In this document: positions 51,601-64,000 of the stretch, one piece after another
Layout of the letters: each line of letters begins with the position of its first letter
How positions within the stretch are numbered: the first letter of the stretch is position 1
From: Pavona decussata
Lineage: Eukaryota
Assembly: GCA_977016875.1 (NCBI GenBank)
Contig: CDRNST010000198.1
Coordinates: 1,116,001-1,180,000 of the forward strand
Length of the DNA stretch: 64,000 nucleotides
Reading direction: 5' to 3'
Position numbers and translations under genes: made by a program
The notes under the pieces: model-generated
Seen by the model: the letters and a program-made list of their open reading frames with translations, nothing else
Databases searched by the model: none
What the model was told of the DNA's origin: nothing

Positions 51601-54600
51601 TGTGGATTGGGTAAATTTGTGGAGGCAATCAGTTATTTCAGATGTGATTTTGTATGTATATCATAAAGAATCACTGTAAAGTCAGTTTTGTTACAGTACT
51701 TTTCTTGTTTTATAACTAATTCGTGGAGGCATGATGGTGATCCATCATGTTCCAAGTAAAATAACAAACTGATATAATTTTTTTTTAATTAGGCGCAAGC
51801 GCCTGTGTTCAGCTGAATCAGTTTAAGGAAGCCATCACGTGGTGTGATAAGGGATTAGCAGTATCCTTCTTAGTTTGCAATAGCAAAAAATTAGGTACTG
51901 ACAAGGATAAACTCATTTCAGAAAATAAGTGGATTGTGACGTCGTTTTCTGTGTATCATAAGAGGCTTTCTTTTAAAAAGTGGCACTCCAAGAGGGATCC
52001 AAGTGCTGGCAACGAGGGCATTGATATTTTGACATTAACAAATGACTCTCTTAATTAAAAAAAATTCTTTATTCACACTGCAGCCTTTTAAAACATTCTT
52101 TTGAACCTTTCTTCAGGCCTTTGACTATTTGTTCTTTTTTTTAAATGAAAGAACGGAATGCGTTAGGTCGAAACTTAGCCTCGTACACTGAGACGCAAAG
52201 GCAATGTTTTGAAAGTCAGTGTTAGACCATCTGCTATGGATTTTAATCGAGATAATGACCACTCATCATTATTGGTATTTCTCGTAAAGGTTTTGAAATG
52301 GTTTTTTGGCCTTTGTTTTTAACGGACTAGAAATCTTGACTAATGTAAGGTTGACGAGAACAAACAGAAGTTGTTGGAATTAAGGAGTAGGTCGGTGAGC
52401 GAGCAAAACAAGCTTCAAGCTACTGGGGAAGAGGCAGGGAAGGATCCGTCTGAAACGCAAACAGTAAGTTTGATAAACAATAACAATAAGCTTTTCAGAT
52501 TCCATAGCTGAGAAAGTTCACAACGACGCCTCAGAATCTATTTAAAACAAGAAGCTGTTTTCAGCTTATACTCGGGCCATGTTTGACTGCGTGGTGCGTA
52601 AGCTTACAGATCTTTTGGAAGTGATAACCTCCAGCATCGTTAACTCCCCCAAACCGATAGATACAGAGATATAGTGAGGCAATAAGTAACCACCAGATAG
52701 AATTGCATTTCTTGCAGTCAGAATGAAATACAGGGGAAAACGACATTTGTCATGCACAGAAGAAACAATAAAAATAGACACATAAACAGATTAAGTTTCT
52801 TCGCGTCTGTTCATGTGACCCCGGGTCAATTGGCTAAAAATATTAAGACTTTAGCCTTCATAGAGAGAAATACCTCGCAAATTCTTAATGACTTCTTTAA
52901 ATCATTTCTGTCCAAACCTGTAAATATCCGGACTTGAACAATGATGACGGAAAACGCTTCAAAAGTTTGCGTTTTAATACAATGCCAGTGATCACCACAA
53001 GATTTAGTAGAAAGCGTAGAACACTTTTAATTGAATGTGACCTTCACACGCACACAACGATCATATCATACCGGAAATTGCTGTTAGAGTGATCAATGCT
53101 TGGGGTCATACAGATATTTATATGACTCTCGGTTCGTATTGAAACATAATCAATGTCTCCAAATCAAAGGTAAGAACGTAAGGATTAATGCCTGGGAATG
53201 AAAGCATCCCGGTATGAAGCACAAGGTATTCTACTTAAGAAATGTTTTCTCCTGTATTTTACTCGTACTGCAAATAATGCAATTTTATCTGGTGGTTTCT
53301 TATTGCTTCACTATATCTCTGTATCTATCGATTAACGCATAAGACTTCGTGTCATGAGTTACGTTATCGGTTGCGTTCTTTGTAGTCCGGCCGTAAGGTG
53401 CCGAGTTATAATTACGTGGGATACCCTAATGGGCATGCCGCGTCTAAAAATGGGTTCCGAGCAATCGCGAATCCCAAAAAAATTAAAAGAATTTGATAAC
53501 GTGACCAAAAACTTGACTCGTGCCGCACGAGTACAAAAAAAAAGGGACGGAGAACTTAACTCGTGGTCCGAAGTCTTATCTCTCGGCCCATCGCGACCAA
53601 AATAAAAAATAAAAATAATAATTTGATAACGCGAACGAAAACTTACCTCGTGCCGCCTTACGGCCCGAGTAATGATCGCATGGTCGATATTTCCAACTGA
53701 ACGATGTTTCGGCGTTTTTTGAACAAATGAAACTAGTAGTACTCATCAGTACTGCTAGTATTTTTGTCAACCGAAGCCGCAAAGAGAAAAGTAAACATGA
53801 TGCGAAAACAGTAAAAAGTTTTCATCGATTTCTTCACCCTCACTTATTCAAAACCAGCGATCAGACGTTCTAATCCTCGATTTGTTGGCTAGTTGTTTAA
53901 TTCTCGGTTTTCACATGACGTCACCAAATTCTAAAATTCAAAACTGGGAGGCCTACAAAATTTTTTACCTCCATTCAAGGAAAGATTACCTAAAAATATG
54001 TCTGTTCACAATTTCTTAGCTCGATGTCGTGCTTCCTTTTGAAAATGGAACGGTTTCAATTTCTGAGTTTCCATCGTGCGTGACATAAGGAGGACGGCCG
54101 TGACAGAGCTTTTCCGTATCTTAAAAATGACTCTTCGGGTGATTTTCAGCATTCTAAACAATTTAAGTTTGAGGAGAAATATTAATCTAAACATTCGAAA
54201 ATTCACAAGGGCAAACAAACCTCTTTTCTGGCAAAAGTGAACTCCAGATGTTTTTTCGCATTTCCGGCCGCCATGTTTGTGTCCCTCTGAGGGACACAAA
54301 CATGGCGTCTCCATACTAAGCTCTATAAATTTATGTGGAACATTTTGTCAAATAACTCGAGTACAGGATGCCGCACAGACCTGACACTTGGACAGATGCC
54401 TTATTTATTTATCCTCTATACCATGTCAATTTCTTGACTTCATTCATGGAATGATTTCGATTTTTTTTTCAATGGCGTGACAGTGAAAACCGAGAATAGA
54501 GTCCGCAGGATCAAAAAAGCTGCTGCTCTCATAATATTGGCGCGAAAACATGACGCGCTCTTCAGTTAATTAATTTATTCCACGTATCAATCGTATTTCG

Positions 54601-57600
54601 TATAATTACGTCGTTCCGCAAACTCATTCCTCCTTTTAACCTCAACGCTTAATAAACATCTGAGATTTCTTGTTGTTGTGTATCGTCTTTTCGTCTGAAT
54701 TCACAATAATTGAACTAAGCCACCACGAATATAGTTAATAAACTTGATTGGTTCCTTTTTTTATCAACTTTCACCGCCACTGCCACACGTACTTGTATTC
54801 CTCGTCTTAAAAAACCTTCTTTCTAAGCATCAGAGGAAAGATTGATATTTCTGTGCTGTATCCTCGTTTTTTCTCGTTTGAAAAGTTAGGAATTGAACAT
54901 TTTGTTGTGCTGGCTAAGAACGTAACAAGTTCTTTTTGTAGAACTCGGACCTGTAACCGTCTTCACGAAAGATTTATATTGTGATCAACAATAGTTTCTT
55001 AACTGGCTGAAAAAAAAAAAAAGCATGAATCGCGAAACAAAGCCAATTTGAATGAAATCTAGGCTTTATGATGGTGGCTTGTTAAAACAAAACATTCTCC
55101 ACATTAGGTTGCTTCGCTTTGCCCCTATGCCCAGAGAAAAACAAACAGGTTTCAAAATACTTAAAATATATATCCGTCATCATAAAGTGGTAATTTTGTC
55201 TCAAGGAGCGAAATGTTCGCCTCATTTAACTAAGGTAAAAGAATAATAGGAAGTGGTAAAATGAAAATATAAAAGAAAGAACGCAAACTTGCAATGCAGT
55301 TGCAGTTGGATCACAATTCACCACTTCAGAAACGATCTCCTAATTAACCTCTGTTAAAACTTGGTCCCACTTTTAAAATTGAAAAATTTCAGTGTGTTTA
55401 ATTGTCTATATTTCATTTGTTTTTCTCTATTTGCATAATATAAAGACGATGAACCATGACTGGTTTTCCTGCCCGCCTTGTATTGTTGATGTATAACGGC
55501 AGTGACGACGATGATGATGATGGCAATTAAGATTAAAATTCTTAGTAAAAGTGTACTCGTTTCCTCCAGTACAAATCACTGAAGTAGATTCAAAATTAAT
55601 TACGCTTTGTAAGATTTGACAGCGAGGAGACTAAAGTTCAACAGCAAGTTTAAAACACATGATAAGCAAGCAACTTTTTTTATTTCCATTTATTCCACAA
55701 GTATGTTTATGTTTGACAGGAAAATGGCAGAGATGCAAATGACTGCTGTGAAAAAAGTGGGAAGGATGGTAATAACATCCCCGAAAATCTCCAAGCAACA
55801 CTGCAATACTATGAACGTGAACTTAAAATTGCAAAGGAAACGGGAGACAAATTACAAGAAGGGAAGATTTGTTGTCATCTTGGGAACGTTTATTACAGTC
55901 ATGAGGATTTCAAAAAAGTCATTCAGTACCATGAACGTTGCCTAGAAATCGAAAGAAATATGGGAGACGTCTCAGGTGAGGAAAACGTGTATGGTAAGCT
56001 AGGAAACGCTTATCACGGACTCGGAGATTTCAAAAAAGCCATTCATTACCATGAACGATGCCTAGAAGTCGCAAAAAAAGTGGGGAACGTCTCAAAAGAA
56101 GGAAGGGCGTATGGTAATATAGGTTGCGATTATCAGGGACTCGGAGATTTCCAAAAAGCCGTTCACTACCGTGACCTTTGCCTAGAAATCGCAAGAATAG
56201 TGGGTGACGTCTCAAGTGAAGGAAGGGCGTATAATAATCTAGGCAACGATTATCACGGACTCGGAGATTTCAAAAAAGCCATTCACTGCCATGAACTTTG
56301 CCTAGAAATCGCAAGAAAAGTGGGAGACGACTCAACTGAAGGAGCGGCGTATGGTAATTTAGGAAACGCTTTTCAGGGACTCGGAGATTTCAAAAAAGCC
56401 ATTCACTATCATGACCTTTACCTAGAAATCGCAAGAAAAGTGGGAGACGTCTCAAGTGAAGGAGCGACGTATGGTAATCTAGGCAACGATTATCAGGGAC
56501 TCAGAGATTTCAAAAAAGCCGTTCACTACCATGACCTTTGCCTAGAAATCGCAAGAAAAGTTGGAAACGACTCAACTGAAGGAGCGGCGTATGGTAATCT
56601 AGGCAACGATTATCACGGACTCGGAGATTTCAAAAAAGCTATTCACTACCATGAACTTTGCCTAGAAATCGCAAGAAAAGTTGGAAACGACTCAACTGAA
56701 GGAGCGGCGTATGGTAATCTAGGCAACGATTATCACAAACTCGGAGATTTCAAAAAAGCCATTCACTACCATGACCTTTCCCTAGAAATTGCAAGAAAAG
56801 TGGGAGACGTCTCAACTGAAGGAGCGGCGTATGGTAATCTAGGGAACGATTATCACAAACTCGGAGATTTCAAAAAAGCCGTTCACTACCATGACCTTTC
56901 CCTAGAAATCGCAAGAAAAGTGGGAGACGTCTCAAGTGTAAGGAAGACGTATGGTAATATAGGCAACGATTATCGGGGACTCGGAGATTTCCAAAAAGCC
57001 ATACACTACCATGACCTTCACCTAGAAATCGCAAGAAAAGTGGGAGACGTCTCAAGTGAGGGAACGACGTACGGTAATCTAGGCAGCGATTATCATAGAG
57101 TCGGAGATTTCCAAAAAGCCATACACTACCATGAACGTTGCCTAGAAATCGCAAGAAAAGTGGGAGACGTCTCAAGTGAGGGAACGGCGTATAGTAATTT
57201 AGGCAATGATTATCTTTATGTCGGAGATTTCCAAAAAGCCATACATTACCATGAACGTTGCCTAGAAATCGCAAGAAAAGTGGGAGACGTCTCAAGTGAG
57301 GGAACGGCGTATGGTAATCTAGGCAACGATTATCATGAACTCGGAGATTTCCAAAAAGCCTTATACTGCCACGAACGATGCCTAGAAATCGCAAGAAAAG
57401 TGGGAGACGTCTCAAATAAAGGAACGGCGTATTGTAATCTAGGCAGTTGTTATAGCAAACTCGGAGATTTCCAAAAAGCCATACACTACCATGAACGTTG
57501 CCTAGAAATCGCAAGAAAAATGGGAGACAGAGACTTCATTGGTTATGCGTTTAATAACCTTGGAGCTGCCTTTCAATCAATTGGTTCTTTATGCCAAGCT

Positions 57601-59022
57601 GAAGAATGTTACATAAACAGTATAAAGACGTTGAATGATGTAAGGCGCAATCTTGCGTTTAATGATGACTTGAAGGTGAGCTTGCGCCATTTGTACCAAA
57701 AGGTATATGCTAATTTACGGCGTTTGTTTTTAGTGCAAGGTAAGGTCGTGGAGGCTCTCTTATGTGCTGAGCATGGACGTGCACAGGCTCTGAATGATCT
57801 CATGGAGTTCAAGTATGCATCCAAAATCACCCGAGCCGAATCTTTTACAGAAACAAAAACTATAACTGACATTTACAGTTATCTTCCTTCCAATACAGTT
57901 TTCATTGCGCTCGTGGACCAAGGAGTAATTTTTTGGGTTTTACAGAAAGAAAAGGATGTAAAGATAAGAGGAAAACGGACCCCCGATGGCCAAGTTGATG
58001 CCGAGGATTTCTTGGATACCACACTGAAGAAAATTCGTGGAAGAACTTTTGTCAAATGTGAAGATCGTTCACTGGACATAGCCAAAGATGACAATCTTAC
58101 AGATGCGAGATCCTCTCCCGGGAAAAAGCAAAATCAATCTTCCAGTCCCCGAAATAGTGCCTTAAGTTTACTATATGAGACCATCGTGAGTCCTATACAA
58201 GATCTGTTACTTGGAAATGAAGTAATTTTCGTTCCCGAGGGTCCATTGTGTTTGGCTCCTTTCGCTGCATTCATGGACTCAGATTCCAAGTACCTCTGCG
58301 AATCTTTCAGAATCCGCGTGATTCCATCGCTGATGAGTTTGAAATTGATAGCCGATTGTCCCGCTGATTACCACATTAAGACTGGGGCACTGATCGTGGG
58401 TGATCCTTGGATACAGGACGTTACTTTTGAGGGGACGAAGTTTCCGCAACTGCAATTCGCACGAAAAGAAGCTCAGATGATTGGGCGAATACTTCACACT
58501 ACGTCGCTAATTGGAGAGCATGCAACGAAGAATGAAGTATTGAAACGACTCTCCTCGGTTTCTTTGGTGCACATTGCAGCACATGGGCGAATGGAAACAG
58601 GAGAAATTCTCTTAGCACCAAATCCTTCACCGGTATCACGGACTCCTATCGAGGAAGACTTCCTTTTAACAATGAAAGATGTGCTGAATGCTCAGATGCG
58701 AGCAAGGTTGGTTGTGCTGAGTTGCTGTCATAGTGCCCGTGGGGAGATTAAGGCTGAGGGTGTGGTGGGCATCGCACGGGCATTCTTGGGTGCTGGTGCT
58801 CGGTCTGTTCTGGTGTCATTGTGGGCGATTGATGATGAGGCTACTATGGAGTTCATGAGAATATTCTACCAGCACTTAATGAAAGGTGAAAGTGCCAGTG
58901 AAGCTCTGAACCAAGCCATGAAATCCATGAGAGAATCTGACGAGTTTAGTGAAGTAGATTACTGGGCTCCGTTTGTACTCATTGGTGATGACGTCACACT
59001 AGAATTGGGCAGACAAGAGTAG
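48664..59022 (+). CDS. TPR-CHAT protein (TTC28-like family) with two N-terminal TTC4/Cns1-like TPR modules, ~1427 aa. Exons: 48664-48754, 49278-49439, 49575-49652, 50008-50075, 50376-50535, 51050-51211, 51345-51422, 51793-51860, 52350-52463, 55720-59022
   Basis: All ten exons have AG/GT ends and join in frame (4284 nt). TTC4-like motif [30 protein letters not shown].. occurs twice; 40-aa TPRs (AYGNLGN.Y..LGDF.KAI.YH); CHAT motifs [55 protein letters not shown]. Confidence 0.9.
53900..54497. mobile_element. Non-autonomous DNA transposon in intron 9 of the TPR-CHAT gene
   Basis: TIRs attctcggttttcac / gtgaaaaccgagaat. Confidence 0.75.
55981..57540 (+). repeat. Coding tandem array of 13 x 120-bp TPR units (plus degenerate flanking units)
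   Basis: Exact 120-nt periodicity with no indels between units. Confidence 0.97.
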
Positions 59023-60424
59023 CTGACCTCCTCTGTGAGTAGATTGATGAAAGTTTGAAATAAAAGAATATACTAACAGTTGATCTCCTTTAACTTTTTG
59101 GAAAAAACAGATAAGAGATCCCTTCCCCGTTATATGTTTCAAAGGTGTTGAAAAAAAAAAAAGAAAGAAAGAAAACTCAAAAACTAAGGAAAAAAATACT
59201 CGGTCGCTAAAACACTATCTTGCATATTCAATTTTTAGCCCTCTAAAAAGTATTGTACATTTGTTGTTGTTACTCAAATTTGCCTTCCTGTTGTTTTTGC
59301 TTTTTAGCTGCTGAACGCAGATCTGTGATAAAAGAAGAAAAGACCACAGGACCATTTGTTACGGCTTACGTCATGAAGAAAACGTCATGAAAAGAAACTC
59401 GCACAAGAGACTGTAAATAGCTTGTTGATTTTAAGTATCGTGTGATTTTGATTGTTTAAATAGTGGAGAGAATTTCTTTCATTTTATTAGAATTGTTTTC
59501 AGATAAGGAATACAGTGGACTCTCTATAAAATTGCGAATTATTTACCTGACCAAATTGTGTTAGCATTTTTTGCCGAGAAAAGTTTGTGCTGAAAAGCAA
59601 TATTTTAGATTAAATCTTATAGTTTAGTCTCTTTTTCTGCTTTGCTTCTTACTTTGAACATTAATAAGCAAACTGGTAGAAAAAAAGAAAATTTGTATCT
59701 AAAAAAATTCAATACAATAAGTGTGTAGATAAAATTTTTTCTTTACTACCGGCATACATTACTCATATGCCTCATTCTATGGAACTGTTATTTTCTTTTC
59801 TCGATTTATAAGAGCTTAATACTGTGACTTGGTGATCAACGACATTTATTTGAGAAATTATAATTACTAGAGCATAGGAATAGTAAGAAGAGAAGCAAAA
59901 ACCAAAAATATAAAAAAAATAAAAAATAAAAAAGCAAAACAAAACAAAAAACCAGCAAAAAAAAATCACAAAAGAAAACCAAGCAAAAAAAAATTAAATA
60001 TCCTTGATTTAAGCTGTAAGAATGAACTCTTAAACGTAAGAATTACTGTTTCGTGGTGCAATTGAAACATTGTTTCTCTGTATTTGTTTTAAATAAACTA
60101 CGAGTGCTGGAAATCACATAAGAATAGTAAAGAGAGCTTAGTGCTCAGAAAGTTTCAATCACAATGTTTTATTAGAAATTGGATATGCAAAAAGCTGAAT
60201 TCATTTCATGCCTGAGCTCCGTTTGTTTTAGATTTTTAAAGCGGTGAAATTACGATCACAAGTGGAGCGACGAATTAAGATTTATAAGACTGCAGATGAT
60301 GGTGAAGTTTCTTCCAATAGTTGGCGCTCCAAGCTTTAGTTAGGTGTGTAATGTTAGTAGGTACCAACTAGCTGCTGGTTACCTAGACACAAAAAAGCAT
60401 CTCCATCCGTAAAGTTTAGTTTTA

Positions 60425-62198
60425 GGGACCGTTCATTTTTTATGAGCATGGGGGGGCTGGTGTGATTTGGGGGGGGGGGGCCACGAGAAAAAAAATGGCA
60501 CTAAAGGGGGGGGGCTACCAAAAAAAATTGAGTGAAAGAGGGGGGGGTCACCAGAAATAATTGGCTAGTAGGGGAAATTGAAAGTGGCTCAACACAGAAA
60601 CGGATGAAGAAATTGAATATTATTTCAATTTTATTTAATACGATTTTCCTAACCACTTTTAATTTGTTTTAATTTGTACATACTGAGGTCGAAATCTGCA
60701 TTTTATATCAACAACAACTGAGGAAATGAAGCATATCTGTTGGAAAAGCAATAATGAATATAAACTGAAGTAGACACCTATGTTTGTACAAGTTCAAATT
60801 AATATAAAAACGTAGCAGTCTCACTATTGAATCATCCGTGGGGGAGTAGTTTTCTACAAAGTGGTTGTACTCAAAACTATATCAATAGATTGCTTAATGT
60901 TCTGTTTAATAGTACTTACTTTTATAAAGACTGTTGATTAGTAAATTATTTGAACCCAGGAGTATCAGTAGACTCAGTAGTATGCCTAGTGTGAACTTCC
61001 AGATTAGTTTTTAATAATAGAACTGTTGTTGGTGACTTTAGTTGATGGTAAATCTGAGCCGTAGGCCATCTTCAGAAAAGCTTGTAACTGTCATTTTTAA
61101 TAGCAGTACTTTAATATCCAGGCGCGTAGGAGGGGGGGTTCGAGGGGTTCGAACGAACCCCCTTTGAAGATCAATAATGGTGGAAGCAAAAGCACAATGA
61201 GGAGGTTGAACAACTACATGAGGTGTACCATGCGAGAGAGTAGAATGTCCGCCCTAGTTCTAATGCATATCAAATATGATATGCCTGTCAATCTTGACGA
61301 GATAGCCAATTTGTTCGAAGGCCTACACCCGTGAATGATGCAGTTTACCAGCTTGGTGTATGACTATCAGCAGATTGAATAGTTATCAGAACTTGACAGG
61401 GCGCGGAATGTACATTGAACTTTCTTGTTTAAATTGAAACAATTATGCTGTAGAAATGATGTATATAGCTTAAAAAGCTGCTGTAAAACAAATTTGTGAT
61501 TTGCCTAAAATGGGTCTCAAAATGCAGGAAATGAGGTTTCTGGGAACCTAGATTTTCAAAAATTTCCGGGGGACCATGCCCCCGGACCCCCCTAGTGAGC
61601 AAGATTTGGGGCTCAACAAACACCCCTATCTAACCCTTACCTACGCGCCTGATATCTGTGTCCGCTGTTTATTTCTGTTTCATATGACTCGTAATCGTTG
61701 ATTGGTATGCTTCAATCCGTATTTTGTTAGTCAGATCTGTACGTGTATTAATTGTTTCTACTCGAAGAGGAGTAATTTCACGTTAACCATTTGCTTGATT
61801 AATTTTTATAGTTCCTTTGAGAATCTAAATGGAAATTTAGGGTTTGCCGTAGCCGTAAACGTGTTCCTATCTATAAAACGTTTTTTTAAACAAGAGAAAT
61901 CTGTACCTAAGCAGAGAACGGTAACTTTTTAATAGTACTGTAAAGAAATCACAGTAACAATTACATTTATCTTTGATATAAACAGTACATAAGCGTTTTG
62001 TTAAAGTTAGGAGTATGATTTGTTTCTGGTTGGGCGGGAGGTGGGGGGGGGGGGGGGGGGTCATCAGAAAAAATAGTTTCTGCTGGGGGGGGGCCATGTG
62101 GAAAAAATTGCATGCTAGGGGGGGGGTCATACAGTTTCGTAGTGGCAATTAACCAAATTCCACCAGCCCCCCCATGCTCATAAAAAATGAACGGTCCC
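60425..62198. mobile_element. PIF/Harbinger-like non-autonomous element (TTA TSD)
   Basis: tta|gggaccgttcattttttatgagcatggggggg ... cccccccatgctcataaaaaatgaacggtccc|tta; absent from the other copy of the host repeat near 22515. Confidence 0.88.
61119..61651 (+). mobile_element. Internally deleted hAT element with a 5-bp TSD, nested in the Harbinger-like element
   Basis: atatc|caggcgcgtagg ... cctacgcgcctg|atatc; residual transposase C-terminus RRLNNYMRCTMRESRMSALVLMHIKYD at ~61200-61330. Confidence 0.85.
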
Positions 62199-63683
62199 TT
62201 AGTTTTCAATGTTAGAAAAAACTGGATTTTAGTCCTCGATTGCCGACTTGATTGGCCATCATGTCAGTTTGAAATAGTTTTCCTTTTCCTTAGTAAAGAG
62301 AAAATCGATTATCTGTACTCCTCAATTTCCCAGATTATTACTTCGAGTTACTGAATTCTTGAAAATATTACCGAGTCGAGATTTGTGAAAACATGCAAAT
62401 GTAACTCGGTGCTAGTAAGAAAGGCGCAGCCCCAGAGAGAGATATTATCAAGTTTTAACTGCAAATACCATACTACGTTTTGATGTAGGATAAATAATAA
62501 TTTGTAGCACGATGAGAAAGAGTAACGTAGAAGCTCAAAGCAGCCATGTTTACTGCAATTAGTTTAACGTCTTCTCATTGAACATTGAATATTTAAAATT
62601 AACGCCCAGTTTAACCTCGCAACAACAAAAAAAGTATTTTGAGGTATGTGCAGGAGTAAGGAAGCGAGATCGAAAGAAACTTGGATAACGGTCGGGATAG
62701 ACCTTGATGAAACTACAAAATTTGCCAAGTTTATTTCGTAATTTAATTTAATTTAAAATATGCCGGCTGTAACAAATAATCAGTTTACTTCCTCTAGACA
62801 ACCGAGGTGGATCTGTAATTTAGAAACTTGGTAACCATGAAATTTGTAAATACTGTTTAGATCAAAATGCAAAAATTCCACGATGAAAACGTGACAAAGG
62901 AAAGCCTGGCAATTTACCCTTTTTTACGGTTACCATCAGAAATATCGTTAGAAAATAAAATTGGCAATTATAGTAAAAGTCTAACAAGAAATTTACTAGG
63001 TGCGTTCAAAGAAGATTTAAAAATTTTTAAAACTTTCGATATGGTAAAACAAATTTTGTGTGCTTTAATTTGCGGTGGGTGTAAAATCTACATTTGGCTC
63101 ACTCTTTTTTGCCACAAGATCTAAAAAAAAAGCCTAAGTTTTATGAACATGACCTTTTGCTGAATTCCAAAGTAAACACAGTGTGGTATTAGGCCCTGTT
63201 TACATGGAGGGAATAAGATCCTAGTACTAGGAAAGTCGTAGAAAGCGAAACAACTTTTCATTTGGTTAACATGCAGGAATTTTGATCAGGGTGGTTGCCA
63301 AGTGGAATGGGAAAAGAACAAAAATTGTCGGCCCTTAGCAGCTGAACGCTCGGTCGCCACCATGTTTGTTTTTAGATCGTAGCGGTAGGACCAAGTACAA
63401 CCCTTTGCATGGAAACTGAATACAGAAAACATGTGGCACTATTTTGATCCACCTTCTAGGATCTTCCTCTCCTCATGTAATCAGCATCTTAGATGAAAAT
63501 GTTTCTTACGTACAGATCACATTGTAAAAACTACATAATAGAATATTTTAATGCTTAATTTAGGGTGGTTATTCAGTGTCCGTCGGCACCTATTTACAAG
63601 TGCATTTCAAGTAAAGGAGATCGTTTTTCGCAAGTGCGCTCAATCTCTCTTTTCCCTAACCATGGTACGATGTCAAAACTTTA

Positions 63684-63901
63684 TTAACCCTTTACAGTGT
63701 AAGCCCTAGTTCCGGTAATCAGCATCAAAGTTCTCCTTGTAATATCCATGCTTATTCAACCCCTCAGGTCATGAGAATTAAGGATATGATCACCCTAGGT
63801 GAATTTTCTTGATAGTTAATGACTTCTCCTCAGTACATTTACAAGAAAATTGTGGGGCAAGGCAGGAGATTGTTCTCTGATTTAAGGGATTAAAGGGCTA
63901 A
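63684..63901. mobile_element. Probable TTAA-flanked MITE
   Basis: ttaacccttta ... taaagggctaa inverted ends. Confidence 0.45.
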
Positions 63902-64000
63902 CAATAAATTGGTTTTTCACACGTGCGTAGCCTGATTCTGAATTTCAATACTTCAACTGTCGCATTATTTCAAATAAAATAAGATAAGAAAACAACAATA

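Noticed and set aside
56030-57514. Antisense repetitive ORFs (61 aa and 214 aa)
   Set aside because: By-products of the 120-bp coding repeat on the opposite strand.
55960-59022. The 1020-aa ORF as a stand-alone, possibly bacterial or horizontally acquired TPR-CHAT gene
   Set aside because: The frame is open back to a splice acceptor at 55719 and joins nine upstream exons in frame; nothing here indicates contamination or recent transfer.

Overview
AT-rich animal genomic DNA with spliceosomal introns, most likely a stony coral or other anthozoan (inferred from the repeat and gene families). There are two N gaps. Four main components are visible. (1) A cluster of four paralogous genes for small secreted, highly cationic proteins: signal peptide, W-poly-Arg, then two thrombospondin type-1 repeats. 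Copies at 10152 and 18378 are intact; copies at 645 and 14719 are frameshifted. In all four the stop codon lies inside a GTRAGT splice-donor consensus. (2) A full-length but decaying L1/Tx1-type LINE with a 15-bp target-site duplication, whose empty site survives in a paralogous block. (3) The 3' exons of a Borealin/CDCA8-like gene on the minus strand, absent from the ORF track, with no recognisable 5' half. (4) A 10-exon, ~1427-aa gene that fuses two duplicated TTC4/Cns1-like TPR modules (each with a U12-type intron) to ~13 near-identical 120-bp TPR units and a CHAT caspase-like protease with intact His/Cys. The rest is minisatellites, SINEs, MITEs, a Penelope fragment, hAT relics and a three-level nested insertion. 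All assignments come from reading motifs by eye; no database search was run.
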